In this document: piece by piece, positions 12,801-24,700 of the stretch
How the letters are laid out: each line of letters starts with the position of its first letter
Numbering within the stretch: position 1 is the first letter of the stretch
Assembly (NCBI GenBank): GCA_040285855.1
Contig: JAUFOQ010000013.1
Span: 2,108,001-2,144,279 of the forward strand
DNA: 36,279 bases
Direction of reading: 5' to 3'
Source of the DNA: Eukaryota sp. GEM-RC1
Lineage: Eukaryota
The notes under the pieces: generated by a model
Told to the model about the DNA's origin: nothing
The model's database searches: none
What the model saw: the letters and a program-made list of their open reading frames with translations, nothing else
Program-made: the position numbers and the translations under genes

Positions 12801-15800
12801 GCAAAAAGCTGATTTAGAGCTCATGTCATCGAAGTTGGCTAAATCAGAATCAAAAGTGATTGACAACAAAGAGCTAGCTGAGTCACGCCTTGCCGAAATT
12901 GAACCTGCCGTCACTGATGCTCAAAAATCATTAAAAGAGATCAAAAGGTCTCATCTTAATGAACTTCAGTCAATGGGAAATCCTCCCTCTGGAGTTGTAT
13001 TAACTTTGGAAGCCATTAGTGTGGCACTGGGACTAATTAATTCTGATAAGAGACCTGATTGGAACAAGCTGCGTTCCATTGTTAGAGCTTCTGATTTCAT
13101 CACACGTGTTCTTTCTTTTGATGGACAATCACTTAGTGGTCGGAAACTTGACCGGTTAGAATCTGATTTCTTTTCTAATCCCGAGTTTAACTTTGAATCA
13201 ATTAGAAACAGTAACAAAGTGTGTGGTTTGCTAGTCAAGTGGCTATATTCACAGGTCAAATATGCTCAAATTGTTAGGGAAATTGACCCATTGAGAGCAG
13301 AGTGTGATTTGTTGGAATTAGAATTGGACAAGTTAAGAAAAGAAAGATCCGAATTAATAATTACAACAAATTCATTAGAAATTGAAATTTCTGAACTAAC
13401 CTCAAGTTATACCCGTTTAGTGTCAGAAATTGACTCAATTAAAAAGAATTTGGATAGTGTCTCAAATAAGTCTCAACGAGCAGTTGACATTGTCAATTCT
13501 TTTCCGTCCAAAATAATAAGTGGACGGACTCCATTGTCAGTGATAAAGAACTTGTTGATTTCTCACAGTTCAATGCTTTGTTGTTCTCGTGTCTTATTGT
13601 ATTTGGTTCTAGAATGGATACTAATCTTTGTGAGAAATTAGAGGCGAGTACAAAAGAAATTTTGGGAGAATATTTCAAATTTTGCAATGATTTATCAATT
13701 GACGTTCATTGTTTTACGGAATTACTTCCTGCAATTATTTCTAAAGACTATTATGGAAGCACACTGAAGCATTTCCATGATGAAGTGATTCAATCAAATG
13801 AGATTTTTTCACCAAAAATTCAAATTTTACCAAGCTCTTGTCTGTATGCCTCCGTGCAGATCAAGTGCCTCTTTTAATCGATCCTTCTAATCAGTTAGCA
13901 TCTTTACTAAGTTCAAATTTTGACGAAAATCATTGTATTAAATTGTCGACCGAAGACGAAAATTGGGTCAAAATTCTCGAAAATTCCATAAATTTCGGCA
14001 ATTTGGTGTTGTTGAAAATCTCCAATTCTAACCCAAATCCCGTCCTGTTTTCTTTGTTAAATCAACCAAGTTCATCTTCTGTCGTAAATTTCAATGGAAA
14101 AAGTATCAAAAAGTCAACTCAATTCCGTCTCTTTTTGACCTCCACTGACTCTGTTCTTCCACGTGTCCTGACGTCGAGGACACGTGTCATATCCTTTGAG
14201 TTAACATCACCGTTTGTCACCCAGTTCTTGCTGGATTTGATATTGGTAAAGTTATGTCCATTTATATTTGAAAAAAGATCAAAATTATTACACAATCAAT
14301 GGAAATTAAAAGCAGAGCTATCTTCCTTAGAAGAAGATCTTTTAAATACTTTGGCTACCTCTAAGGGATCTTTATTAGAAAACAATTCATTGTTGGAAAC
14401 TTTGGAATCAATCAAAAGGAATCAGTTGAACTAGAGAACGTAGTTTCAGCCAATCAACAGTCAATCAATTTGATTGAAAAGAGCACTATGGAACTTAATG
14501 AATTTGCTGCGCGGTTATGTCAACTTTATTTTCTATTGCGAAACAAATTTTCTCAAGAACCAACTACTTTTTCAATATCGTTTTCTGACTATTATCAAAT
14601 TTTTCAAGACATTAACTTTTCTGACACAGTTGTTGATATCAACAGCTCCAATATTTGCTTCAATTTTGCATCTTTATACAAGGAACTTGTTGTGAACTTC
14701 TTTAGTTCTTTGCAAGTTTCGTTATTGTCAACACACAAACCTATCCTATATTGGACACTTCTTTTCATATTTTATCCTGCCGAAACAGCTTGTTTGAGAA
14801 AAACTCTGTTGAATGACGAATTCTCTGGTGATTGTTCTGTAGTTGATTTTGAGCTTTTGAATTTCTGTTCTTCTATTAATAAGAGAATAAGAAGAGAGGA
14901 ATTTGATTGTCTGTTTGATTTGATTTCCTATCATTCAGATATCGACCTTTCACAAGTAATGGCAGTCCAAGAAAACCAAATTTTTGAAAATATTCAAAAT
15001 TCAAATAAGCTCAGTCTAGTAATGACGTCATCACGATTCAATTTTGCACAGAGTTTGTCGACTTTCTATAATGGTCAAGTCAATTTCTACGTTGTTGGTG
15101 GTCCTGATCCTAGTTTTGGAAATCAATTTCAACATCCGAATTTTTCAAAATTTCCCTTTGTTTTGGTTAACGTTCATATCAATCCTAGACTTGTCACGTC
15201 AATTCTTTCTAAAATCTATGATCGTTTCACTTCTGATACTGCTCCCCCACCAAAGATTGTACTTCTCTCAGAACTTCAGAGTTTACCAAGCCACATTTTA
15301 AACACTTCAAGAACTTTTGTTTTGGATCAACATCAAGGGTTCTATAATTCCTTTTCATCTTCATTAGAATATGGAAAGCAAATTCATTTGGAAAGTAACG
15401 TTGCTAATCTTTCAGGAACTATATCTTTGTCAGTGTTGGTTTGCTTATGGTTTTCTGTTCTTAATGAGCACTCTTATTATGCTCCTGTTGCTTTCTCCCG
15501 AGATTATGATCTTTCTTTTACCGATCTTAAATATGTCTTGAGTTCAATTTTGAATTTTGTTTCTTCTGATGATGATTTTCTAGACTTTTCTCAACTTGAT
15601 TGGGAAGGAATACGGAGTTGTGTTGCCGATTTGTTCCTGATTTCCATTTTTGACCCCATTGATTGCACTATTGCACGCACTTTGCTAAAATCAATAGTTA
15701 ATGAATCCAATTGTCACAGTCAATCTAAAATTTTCAACACATCATCGGTGTTATTTCCCAGTTTCAATTCTTGGCCAAGTGTTTATAAGTGGTTGTCACT

Positions 15801-15927
15801 TCATCAAAAGGTGTTTTCACAGCTGTGTCCTACTGACATTTGGTTAAGTAATGAGGTAGTCTCCGAACATAGAAAAGCAAGAGCTAAACATCTTAGTGTA
15901 GTTTTTTCAAAGAATTTCGAAAAGTAG
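3867..15927 (+). CDS. DYNC1H1: Cytoplasmic dynein-1 heavy chain, ~4020 aa after joining about 14 single-base frameshifts
   Basis: AAA1 GPAGTGKTESV, IFVGLCESGVWGCFDEFNRLE, GYLGRSELPNNLKSLFR and LSSQSHYDFSLRAL. AAA2 GDTAVGKS and WVESLNSLLDDNKILSLPTGERI. AAA3 GKPGLGKS and FLDEINLP. Stalk/MTBD IEPAVTDAQKSLKEIKRSHLNELQSMGNPP. AAA5 PLLIDP and LEEDLLNTLATSKGSLLEN. Domain order is collinear across consecutive ORFs, and no introns are needed. Confidence 0.92.
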
Positions 15928-16709
15928 TCTACCAGTTCAATAAACAATTTGCATTGATTCATCTACTAGTTTACCCTTAATTACTGATCGGGACATATAA
16001 GTGTTAGGGACATCTTATATAATAAAGGGAGTGTTTGTTCTGAGACAGCCACACTGCAGGAAACTAAGTAAACAAGTGAAGACGATTAAAACAAACAAAA
16101 TTCTTCGTCATCTCCCGAATCTGCGTCTATCTTAGTTGAATCTTTGAATGCTGATGTTTGGATGGCTCTGTTTCCTACAAATGTAACTTTTCCCTACCCT
16201 CTTGTGTAAAAAAGGTGCAAGAGAAGTTTATTCGTTTCCATGAAAGCCTGGATTTTTGATAATCGTATTAGCTTGGCTAATGTTGAGAATCCCGCTTTTC
16301 GCGTGTTTTTAAATGACATTTCCAGTGTGTCGTCTTCATTTCTTATTACTCAACTTCCATGGGAGATACATCTTTAATCTAAAAGACCATGATCCTTTTT
16401 TTTAATCTAGCAGTTTTTGTTGACAACAACAGTACAGTGTACATGTATCTAATAATCATTATCCTCAAAGTCCAGATTGCCTATCTGGAAAAAAGACCAT
16501 GAATGGCAAGTCAATATGAGGTTACGTCTGGGATTGTGGCCCTTTAGTTTACTGCAAAATAGCAAATGTAATTGTAAATCGGCTAAGACTTACATCGGCT
16601 CTTTACTTTCATCATTTGGTTAATCCATTTTGCATAACAGTGTAAGTGATTCTTGTATGAACATGTTCAACTCTAATGGTTTTCATGGAATAACTGAACC
16701 TATTCTTAC

Positions 16710-17897
16710 TAGACTTGTCATTTGACGGAATTCGCCATGACGGGTCGCAACGTTCGTCGACGTCGCGTCACGTCGACGTCATTTTAAAATGTCAGATAGC
16801 GTCTATCCAAATAGAATACAATAAAAATTAATTAGCTGTGTGATTGACATTTTGGAAGATAACCAGTCAAAATCTGATTTAGTCTTTTTGCACATCTACA
16901 TACATTTCTCTCTCCAGATTGTGTTCAGTCTGTACTATGTCTTGAATCTTGAAGAAAGAAAGGTGTTGTTGATTCAAATATGAAAGCAAGTCTCGCATAT
17001 GTTGATGTTATGTCTGATGATGAAGATGAGGATGAGATTTGGGTTTGAAATCTTTTACTCTGTTATGCCTAAGAAAGTGTTTTTGTTCATACTTGTAAAA
17101 TACAAGTGTTTTCGTTTGAAAAATACAAAAATACATAATATACTCTAAAATACAAAGTAAAATACAAACATATGGTATCAGTCCCCATTGAATCAGTTGA
17201 TTAGTATAGTATTGATTTTATCTTCTTCAACGATTACTCAATGATAACGGTGCAGTATAAGATTGGAGTCGTTTCAATTTCCTGCAGGTGGTTACAACGA
17301 TGTCCAACAAAAAGTTCAAGGTTGATCTCCATTAATTCACTGATTCCAGTATCTGCGTTCTGCTCCACGTCCCCTTTTTAATGTTCCAGAAGTTATGTCT
17401 TGGATTGGTAGGATGAATTGAGGAAAGAGACTACATCATAGAGATGTTGATGAACAAAACTTGTTTCTTTTCACAGATTGAGTTTGATAAAGGAACCAAA
17501 TAGTCTGGGAGATCTGAACCAAATGGAGACTGCGTCTCGTAAAGGCACTTGATAGCATTATAATGCACAACAATGAGCTGAAGAAGCACTTGTCAAGCAT
17601 AATGGAAAAATACAGTAAAATACAGTATGTATTTTAAATCACACTGTTTGAAAAATACATAAAATACAGAATTTTGTATTTTACAAGTATGTTTTGTTCT
17701 GTTGTTTTAGCTGTTGTTTATAAAGTCTGGAATATTTATTGGAAATTCAGTCATCCGCTGGAATCCGTCATCAACCCTTCACAACATCGTCGACGATTGT
17801 TGCCGTCGACGTGACGGCTGATTCTAGAGCGTCGGGTCACGTCGACGGAGAGAGATAGTCGTCGACCCCCGTCGACTGCCGTCAAATGACAAGTCTA
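16710..17897. mobile_element. Non-autonomous hAT-like element (outer)
   Basis: Perfect 19-bp TIR TAGACTTGTCATTTGACGG, perfect 8-bp TSD ATTCTTAC (16702-16709, 17898-17905), and GTCGAC/CGTCG subterminal repeats. Confidence 0.9.
17088..17691. mobile_element. Non-autonomous hAT-like MITE (604 bp) nested inside 16710-17897
   Basis: Perfect 18-bp TIR CATACTTGTAAAATACAA and AAAATAC subterminal repeats. Flanks are TTTTTGTT / TTTTGTT(C): 7 bp are identical, or 8 bp if one T is missing from the right-hand run. Confidence 0.85.
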
Positions 17898-18649
17898 ATT
17901 CTTACTCGTCTTTCTGTACAGCCATTAGGTTCTCAAAAGCGTGGTGATTTCATTGACACATGGCCATCTTGCCAAGAAATTGTTGTGGATTTTACCACTG
18001 TTGACCATGTAAGTCGTCGACTATTGGTAATATTTTGAATGCTTTGTTTGGCCCTTTGAAATATGCGGAAAATGCTAATACTTTCAAATATGATGAAGAA
18101 ATAACCACACTAAATTCAAAAGGCACAACAAAATTGTATTCCAACCCTTTGCTGTTTGTATGGATGACAATTTTGGTTTTCATACCAAGGGTTTTTTGAA
18201 TAATTTTGAAAAGTTGCGTCTAGATTTTGGGAAGAAATTTAACAGATCGTTTTGGCGGAATAGACTTGCGTTTTTGTTCTTCAGGTCGTTGTTCCGCTAT
18301 TTTGACGGGATTTTGGCCTAGTTATTTGGAAATAACTATTCAGTATATGTGGGTAGCACTTGTAGTACTCTTATTTAGTTTATGTTTTTGTTATTGTTTT
18401 AGAAATGGTTTTGATCATAAAGCCCCCTTTTCTAAACAAACTATTAAACGAACTACTCAATTCCAACAAGTAGTTGCGCCAAACTGTTTGGCCAAAATAG
18501 AATCAATATATCTGTATAATGACTTAAAAACTGAAAACGCAAAATTATTCTTCCAGTACGATATGTTCAACTCCTCATCGAAATTCTGAAAAACGATCAC
18601 ACAAATTTTCAAACAATTTTAAAAACACAATTTGGCAAACAACTGTAGA

Positions 18650-18890
18650 CAATCCACAATACAATTTGCATTCAAAGATACTACAAATGCTTGAAAGACA
18701 ATGTTATTGTGTCTTCGGGAATCTAAAGCAGCAACCTCATATATGAACTTTGATACCTTAGTGTTCTCAGCGTCTTTCAGGGGATCTTATGAATATTCAG
18801 GATGCTGGTAATAGCTCAATATTTGCACGTATCAACAGTTTTATAAGATCCAATATCATTACCAGAGGACCAAATGAGGAAGAGTCACAA
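18650..18890 (-). pseudogene. Decayed RLE-retrotransposon C-terminal fragment
   Basis: The reverse strand gives broken ...KTVDTC... and DPLKDAENTKVSKFIYEVAALDSRRHNNIVFQAFVVSLN, matching the VD.C / AE..K..K / F..F.VS pattern of the neighbouring fragments. Confidence 0.45.
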
Positions 18891-19095
18891 AACAATTAGT
18901 ACATCGAACAATACTAAATGATCCTAGAACAATTGGTCAAATATTGAAAGCGAACCCTGTGTTCATCTTTTTAAACTCACGAACTGTTCTGCAATAGGCC
19001 ATTCCGTCAAAATCGACGGTTATTTGGGCGTTTGAATTTATGGAGGTATACAGGCTGTAATTTAGAATGTTGAATGTATTTGAAAAATTGCCAAT

Positions 19096-19490
19096 TTATA
19101 CGTCTTCAACGTTGGATAAATGATTTTCTATATCGCTCAAAATCGAATTCAAATACACTTTTGCACAAGGATCAACAGAAGTAAAATCTATCACTGTCTG
19201 GCACGAATCAAGATGTGGCACATCGAGATCGCCTCGTCGAGAATTGGTCGTATTTTCGTTCATATAATGCTTAAGAACAGGTTCAATTTTCCCATTAAAT
19301 CGATGACATTTAAAAATTTCATACGTAACGTCCCGAACTGCACTGTGTAAAATCGATCTACTCTGAAGAACCCTATTTGCAACTAACAATGTGTTAGCAG
19401 TCAGCTTTCGGTTTTTTATGACAACAGAACATAGTATTATATAACGACTTATCATCTGTAGATGAAAATAGACTTAAGACGCATGCTAAG
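19096..19490 (-). pseudogene. Decayed RLE-retrotransposon C-terminal fragment
   Basis: ORF 19096..19455 contains HSAVRD...IEPVL...RRGDL...VIDFTSVDPC. It aligns without gaps (18/60 identities by hand) to the reconstructed fragment starting at 16633. Confidence 0.65.
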
Positions 19491-19640
19491 TTTCTACGCC
19501 TCATTATTGAGATCTGCGAGCTACTTAATTAGATAGTAGTGTTACTTGTTGGAGCGCAATATTTAATGTAATTGATGTGATGGTCAATTGAGTGCTGAAG
19601 TTAAAGTAGAATATTAATAATTGCAACAAGTATCAATCTG

Positions 19641-19829
19641 GTGTTTCTTACAATCATTGACGTTACAACGTTGGATCCATGTGGTAAAATAGATTGGAAT
19701 TCCAATGTTGCTAAACTCAATCAAAATTATACCAAGTGTATATTTGTTCCATTTGATATTTCGATTTTTGGCAGCACCAGTGAAATGGCTTCTCAGTTCT
19801 TAATTGATTTTGGGTCTATTTGTAAGTAA
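19641..19829 (+). pseudogene. Short, internally deleted RLE-retrotransposon fragment
   Basis: IIDVTTLDPC...IFVPFDISIFG matches the D.T..DPC and F.PF..S..G motifs of the RLE domain end. Confidence 0.5.
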
Positions 19830-20471
19830 CAAAATAGGAGATTCAGCTTATGACTTTAGCAAAATCCTTTGATTTGTGGTTTGTTCCGATCAATGTCCTG
19901 ATTTTTGAAATTTCCATCTTTTAATTAAACTGTGGTACTGTCGATCAGGAATTTTCTGCTTTTTATTTTTATTCTGATCGTTGTCCTTTTCATCTACAAC
20001 CGCTATTTATTACGTCTATTTAAATATTACTCTTTCAATTACCCAATCAAAAATACTATCCAATTTAACAGATAAGATAGAAAAACCTGTAAGAGTATTG
20101 TACATGTGATGCTATCGAAATTGAATGTATAAATAGCTGTGTTGTGCCAATACATTTAGAACTTTAGAGATAATCGGTAGGAAGAGGCTTATACGGTTAA
20201 ATCCTAGGGATTCTATTTCGTTAGTTTGAGATTCAAACTACACAAACTATGTTTTTCTCTCGATCAATTGAGAAATTGTCCAAGTTTGGTGTGAATGTTA
20301 ATGTTGAAAAACGTAATCTTTTACCGGGTGGTGATGAAGTCGTTTGGATTAAATCTTAGTTGTTTTTGCAATTTCATAGTGTTGTAGGAAGATTATCTTA
20401 TTGGGTACCGAATAAAGTTTGTTATATCGAACGATTTCCAGACTCAATTTTTGTTCATCTTTGGTCAGACT

Positions 20472-21709
20472 ATGAATGTCATAAGCCTATCATCACCTAC
20501 AAATGTTTCTCATTCACGATTCTCCTCTCTGGCATATGAGTTCTGGAATCCAGGACAAGACATCACCTCTCGGAGAGTTGCCGTTCTAGAGTTCTTGTCA
20601 TCTCAATTGATGCTCAATCCGTTGTTTCTCTCCTCTGTTACCCGCTCTGAGTTCATGACCATCTTCAATATATCCATGGCCTCTCTCCACCTACCATTCC
20701 CTCTTAATCTTCCCGCTATTGTTCTCACTTCCAAGGTTATCTCATATGTCCCTTTCCCTATTCTTCTCTCCCCTTTGATCATGTCTTGGCAGACTTCTTC
20801 AAACACGACATATACTCCGTTTTGAATAGAACTGATGATTCCTTTGTTGTTTATTCCATTTTTATAATGTCCTGGTGGTATTATGTTTATTTGTCACATA
20901 TTTCGTCAGATCTTGATGACGTGACAGATCTAAGTCATGCCCTTCAGATTCCACTATCTCTATCTTTTTCTTGTTTCAGCAAATGTGTTGTTCAATCGGA
21001 TAACCGGTATACTTCCAATATTTCAAAATATTTGGGATCTTTTGATATTGGATTAATTACTGGGGGAACATTTTTGAATTCAACTGGTTGCTCCAATTCG
21101 AACACTGTCAGAAATTCGTTAATTTTGATTAGTTGTTGTGTTGTGTTTACCTCAAAAGCTCTACAATCAGTGATTATGAAGATGATTTTGAATTGTATGT
21201 ATATGATAGCACTTTGAGTTCAAAATATCACGTTTATAGGCCAAAAAAGAACGTCATTTCTTGTATTTTCCCACATGCCTTCAATTGTCCGAATTCTAAT
21301 TTAAATTGGTGTCTAATTAAAAAAAACTAGAGTAACAACACATATGAATTTATACTTCCACACTTGTCCATTATCTAAATTAATCAATTTAGATGGTGAA
21401 TTATACTCAAATTACCTAAATTTCCTTTCTAAGAATTATTTCAAAATTTATGACTTAATTCCACCAAAATTTTTCCCTAAAAAAGTAGTTTTGAGACAAA
21501 ATGATGTTCATATCCCAGAGAAAAAACACTCAACTGATAGTTCCTCTCAAACCGAAGAAATAGAGATCACGTCATATCAAAATCCATGCCCTACTCCGTC
21601 AATTTTAAATAATTCAAAATTATCCATATTTAATTACAAGAATAGAAAGGAATGTCCAAAAACACGACAACAGGCTCGAGAAATAATAAAAAATTCAATT
21701 GATATTTGA
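20472..21709 (+). CDS. Hypothetical protein (~410 aa) in four frames
   Basis: ORFs 20451.., 20786.., 21133.. and 21344.. can be joined by -1, -1 and +1 single-base shifts at or near homopolymers (CCCC ~20770, ~21146-21157, A8 at 21319-21326). No recognisable domain. Confidence 0.55.
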
Positions 21710-21718
21710 TTATTATGA

Positions 21719-24700
21719 CTATCTTGAACGTAAATCAGATAATACAGAAATGATGTACTCATCAGATGAAATTAGTTTAAAGTTTTGCAAAAATTCTTCC
21801 TTTTAAATATTTCAGCGGAGTGTAGCAGATTCTGATTGTCTTCATTACATTCAAATAATTTAAGAAAAAACCAATAATCTGAGTAACTGGTTCTATAAAA
21901 GGGTTACTTTTTCACTGTCAGAATTAGCTATAAAGTTCACCATATTGAAAACATTAACACCAAAATTTGTGTTGTTCAATACAGCAAATTCCTTCAAATA
22001 TTTAATTCCTGCGGCGACCAATCTCAAATTGTGAATATTATTATTTGGTGACGACAAATCAAGAAATGAAAGTGCAAAAGTTAGAACACCCCTTTGCACT
22101 AATTGCTGAGCCCATACTTCTTGAGATAAAGACATTATGGATGCCAATTTGACACAAACCAACACCAAATGATCGTATTGAAAAATTTCGGGGAATAGTG
22201 GAAGAAGATGATTGGAAAACAATAATCTTAGATCTGAAATTGTTTGATCAGTTAAATTATTCAAAGTTGGAATTGGTGTGCTAATTTTTGAATCAGACCC
22301 GGAAGGCCGAAGTAATAGTGAGATAAAGTCGGTAAAAATTCGTAAAGTTTGGGTTGAAATTGACTGGAAATTCTTGTCGTTGTTAGCTTTTTTGGCAAAT
22401 ATAAAAAAATTCATTATTTTCAAAATAGCGGTACACACATTGGAAATTAGGAGAGAAAAGAATTTGTCTGAAATGAAGCCAATGGACAACAGACCTTCAA
22501 GGGACTTCAATAGAGACTTTTTGATTGAAAAAATCGCATTGTTAATCTGAGGATCTGAGTGCGAGTATGAAAATTTTAAAAATTCACACATCAACGGCAT
22601 ATTTTTGATCAATTCATTAGTTATAATTTCCTTTTGATATACTTGGGAGAACAAACAGACTTTTCAACAATAGTGCAAAAGAATAACACTTTCGAAGTAA
22701 ATTCACATCTAACTGACTGCTTTCAACTTGACTAGTTAAAATATTAGACAGAAACGAGACTAGATGATGAACAGAACATGACCAAATTTCAAGAAATTTA
22801 GATACCGAAGAATGACAAAACTTTACAATTTTGTGGGATTCACCGCCTTTTAAAATTTTCATTTCATCAAAAATGGTCTCAAGAACTCCGAACAAAGTGG
22901 TTTTTTCAATCAAAAATATTTTACATTTGAAGTCAAATGAATTCTTGCTTAAAACTTCATCACCTGTCAATCCTATACCTGGAGCAATCAAAAGTGATAG
23001 ACATATCAAAACCTTACCAGTAACAATTAAATCTTCTCTTTGAATCAATGAAAACAATTTTGTTATTAATTTCTTATCAGAGCGGAAATTAAATTTCTTA
23101 CTTCCATCTAGTAACAAACCAACGACTAGTAAATTAATTAATGGAGAAGCACTGGACAAAGAACCACAAGATTTGATAGTAGTTGGTAACAATGTCGGAC
23201 AACTGGTGAAAAAGTCTACAGTTCCAGGAGGGCAAGAGGTCAAAAGTCGTGATAGTAATGTGATTGCACATGATTTGAGATTTGAGTGACCGGAGTTGGC
23301 GATAAAAGAAAGAGAGCTGATTAACAAATCATTATGCATCAATTTTTTCATATTATTTAAAAATGGACAAATGTTTCCCAAAGCTTTTGTGGCTATGCAA
23401 ATTGCCACATCATCACAACAAATACACGTGTTCTTTTTGATCTTAGTTTTACCATTGTCATCAAGAGCAACACAAAATGATTGTACCACTGCAATTAAAA
23501 TTTTTGTCAATTTTGAAATTGCTGCAGTTGTAAGTTTAATTCCTGTAGAATCATCCTGATGTTCCATTACCAAAAGAAAACTAATTCACCAGTTACTGTG
23601 ACGGCCAATCGGCGATGATTATGGGAGTCGGAATCAAACACGTGAGACTGATTATGATTACATTTGGAAATTGATGACGTGGAGAGAAAATCAATTAAAT
23701 AAGATCGATTACTAGGATCGATAATAGAGGAAACTAACGATGTAGCTTTGCGTAGTATGAGAGTCAATGTTTCTAAAATTCTAAATGACAAATGAACGTT
23801 GTTGCTGGAAAGCAAAATATTCACAAGTTTTAAAAAGAGATTAGAATTTGCAACATTTGTAGCGATAAAATCACAAGACTTTAAATTTGAAATCAAAGAG
23901 TTACAAACTTCAGATCGAATTTTAACGTCGTTGTGATCAAGAGAAGTCATTAAACTGCCAATCCAATGATTGATTGATGACTCATCAGTTTCTGTGAAGG
24001 GGTGATCTTGAACAGATTGATTGGATCCAATAGAATTCAGATTGAATAACGGTGTTGCAATAGTATCAGGTACAGAATTTAATAAAGAAATGAAGTAATC
24101 AGCATTAGAATTTGGAAATTTTACAGACATTGATTGATCATCATTTTCAACAGAATCATTGGGGGCTTCACTCAAAGACCCAGGATCTTCTGATTGTTCA
24201 ATCAATTCTGATGAAAACGTAAAACAAAAATTGGATTTTAAATCATTAAATAGAGTGTGAGTTGAAATAGTATTCCAGGTGGCTCTCTTTCTAACATTTG
24301 GTTGAATCAAAAGTAGCAAGAAATCAATCAAATGGGCAGACAGATTGGTGTTTTTTAATTGCGAAACTACCTTTCTATAGTCAATTGAAGTCAAGGAGCA
24401 ATCGTCAAGTTTAATAACTGAAGAGGCTAACAACACACCAAGTGACCAGAAATCAGAGGACAACAGAGGAATGGTACCTTTAAGGACTTCTGGATCGACG
24501 AAGATAGAAGGAGGAGGAGAGGTAAAAGGATGGTCTGAGCGGTGAGCAAAACCAAAGTCACCCAGTTTGAGAACCCCATCTACATCAAAATGACATTCTT
24601 CGGACACAGATTGGTGTACGTGATATTATTAAGATGTAAATGAGTGAGGGAAGACAGTAAATAATGAAGAAAACCAAGAAGAACAGATTCAGATACAGTA

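Larger units (their letters stand above)
16516..18160 (+). pseudogene. Decayed 3' part (zinc finger + restriction-like endonuclease) of a CRE-like non-LTR retrotransposon, split by the 16710-17897 insertion
   Basis: Reads MRLRLGLWP...KCNC..., and removing the insertion plus one TSD restores HNSVSD...TEPILTRL...KRGDF...VVDFTTVD. Downstream is AENANTFKY. The H..V.D / EP / R.D / D.T.V / E....KY pattern resembles RLE domains. Confidence 0.6.

Noticed and set aside
5638..13687. Numerous short antisense or alternate-frame ORFs overlapping dynein
   Set aside because: They are shadow ORFs with no recognisable motifs.
3867..15927. Dynein as a pseudogene, split into several genes, or interrupted by tiny introns
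   Set aside because: Motifs are conserved and collinear, no nonsense substitutions are needed, and every break is fixed by one base without GT-AG excision.
16230..16377. Peptide MKAWIFDNRISLANVENPAFRVFLNDIS resembling a hAT transposase segment (or a dynein tail remnant)
   Set aside because: It is too short and ambiguous to assign by eye and needs an HMM search.
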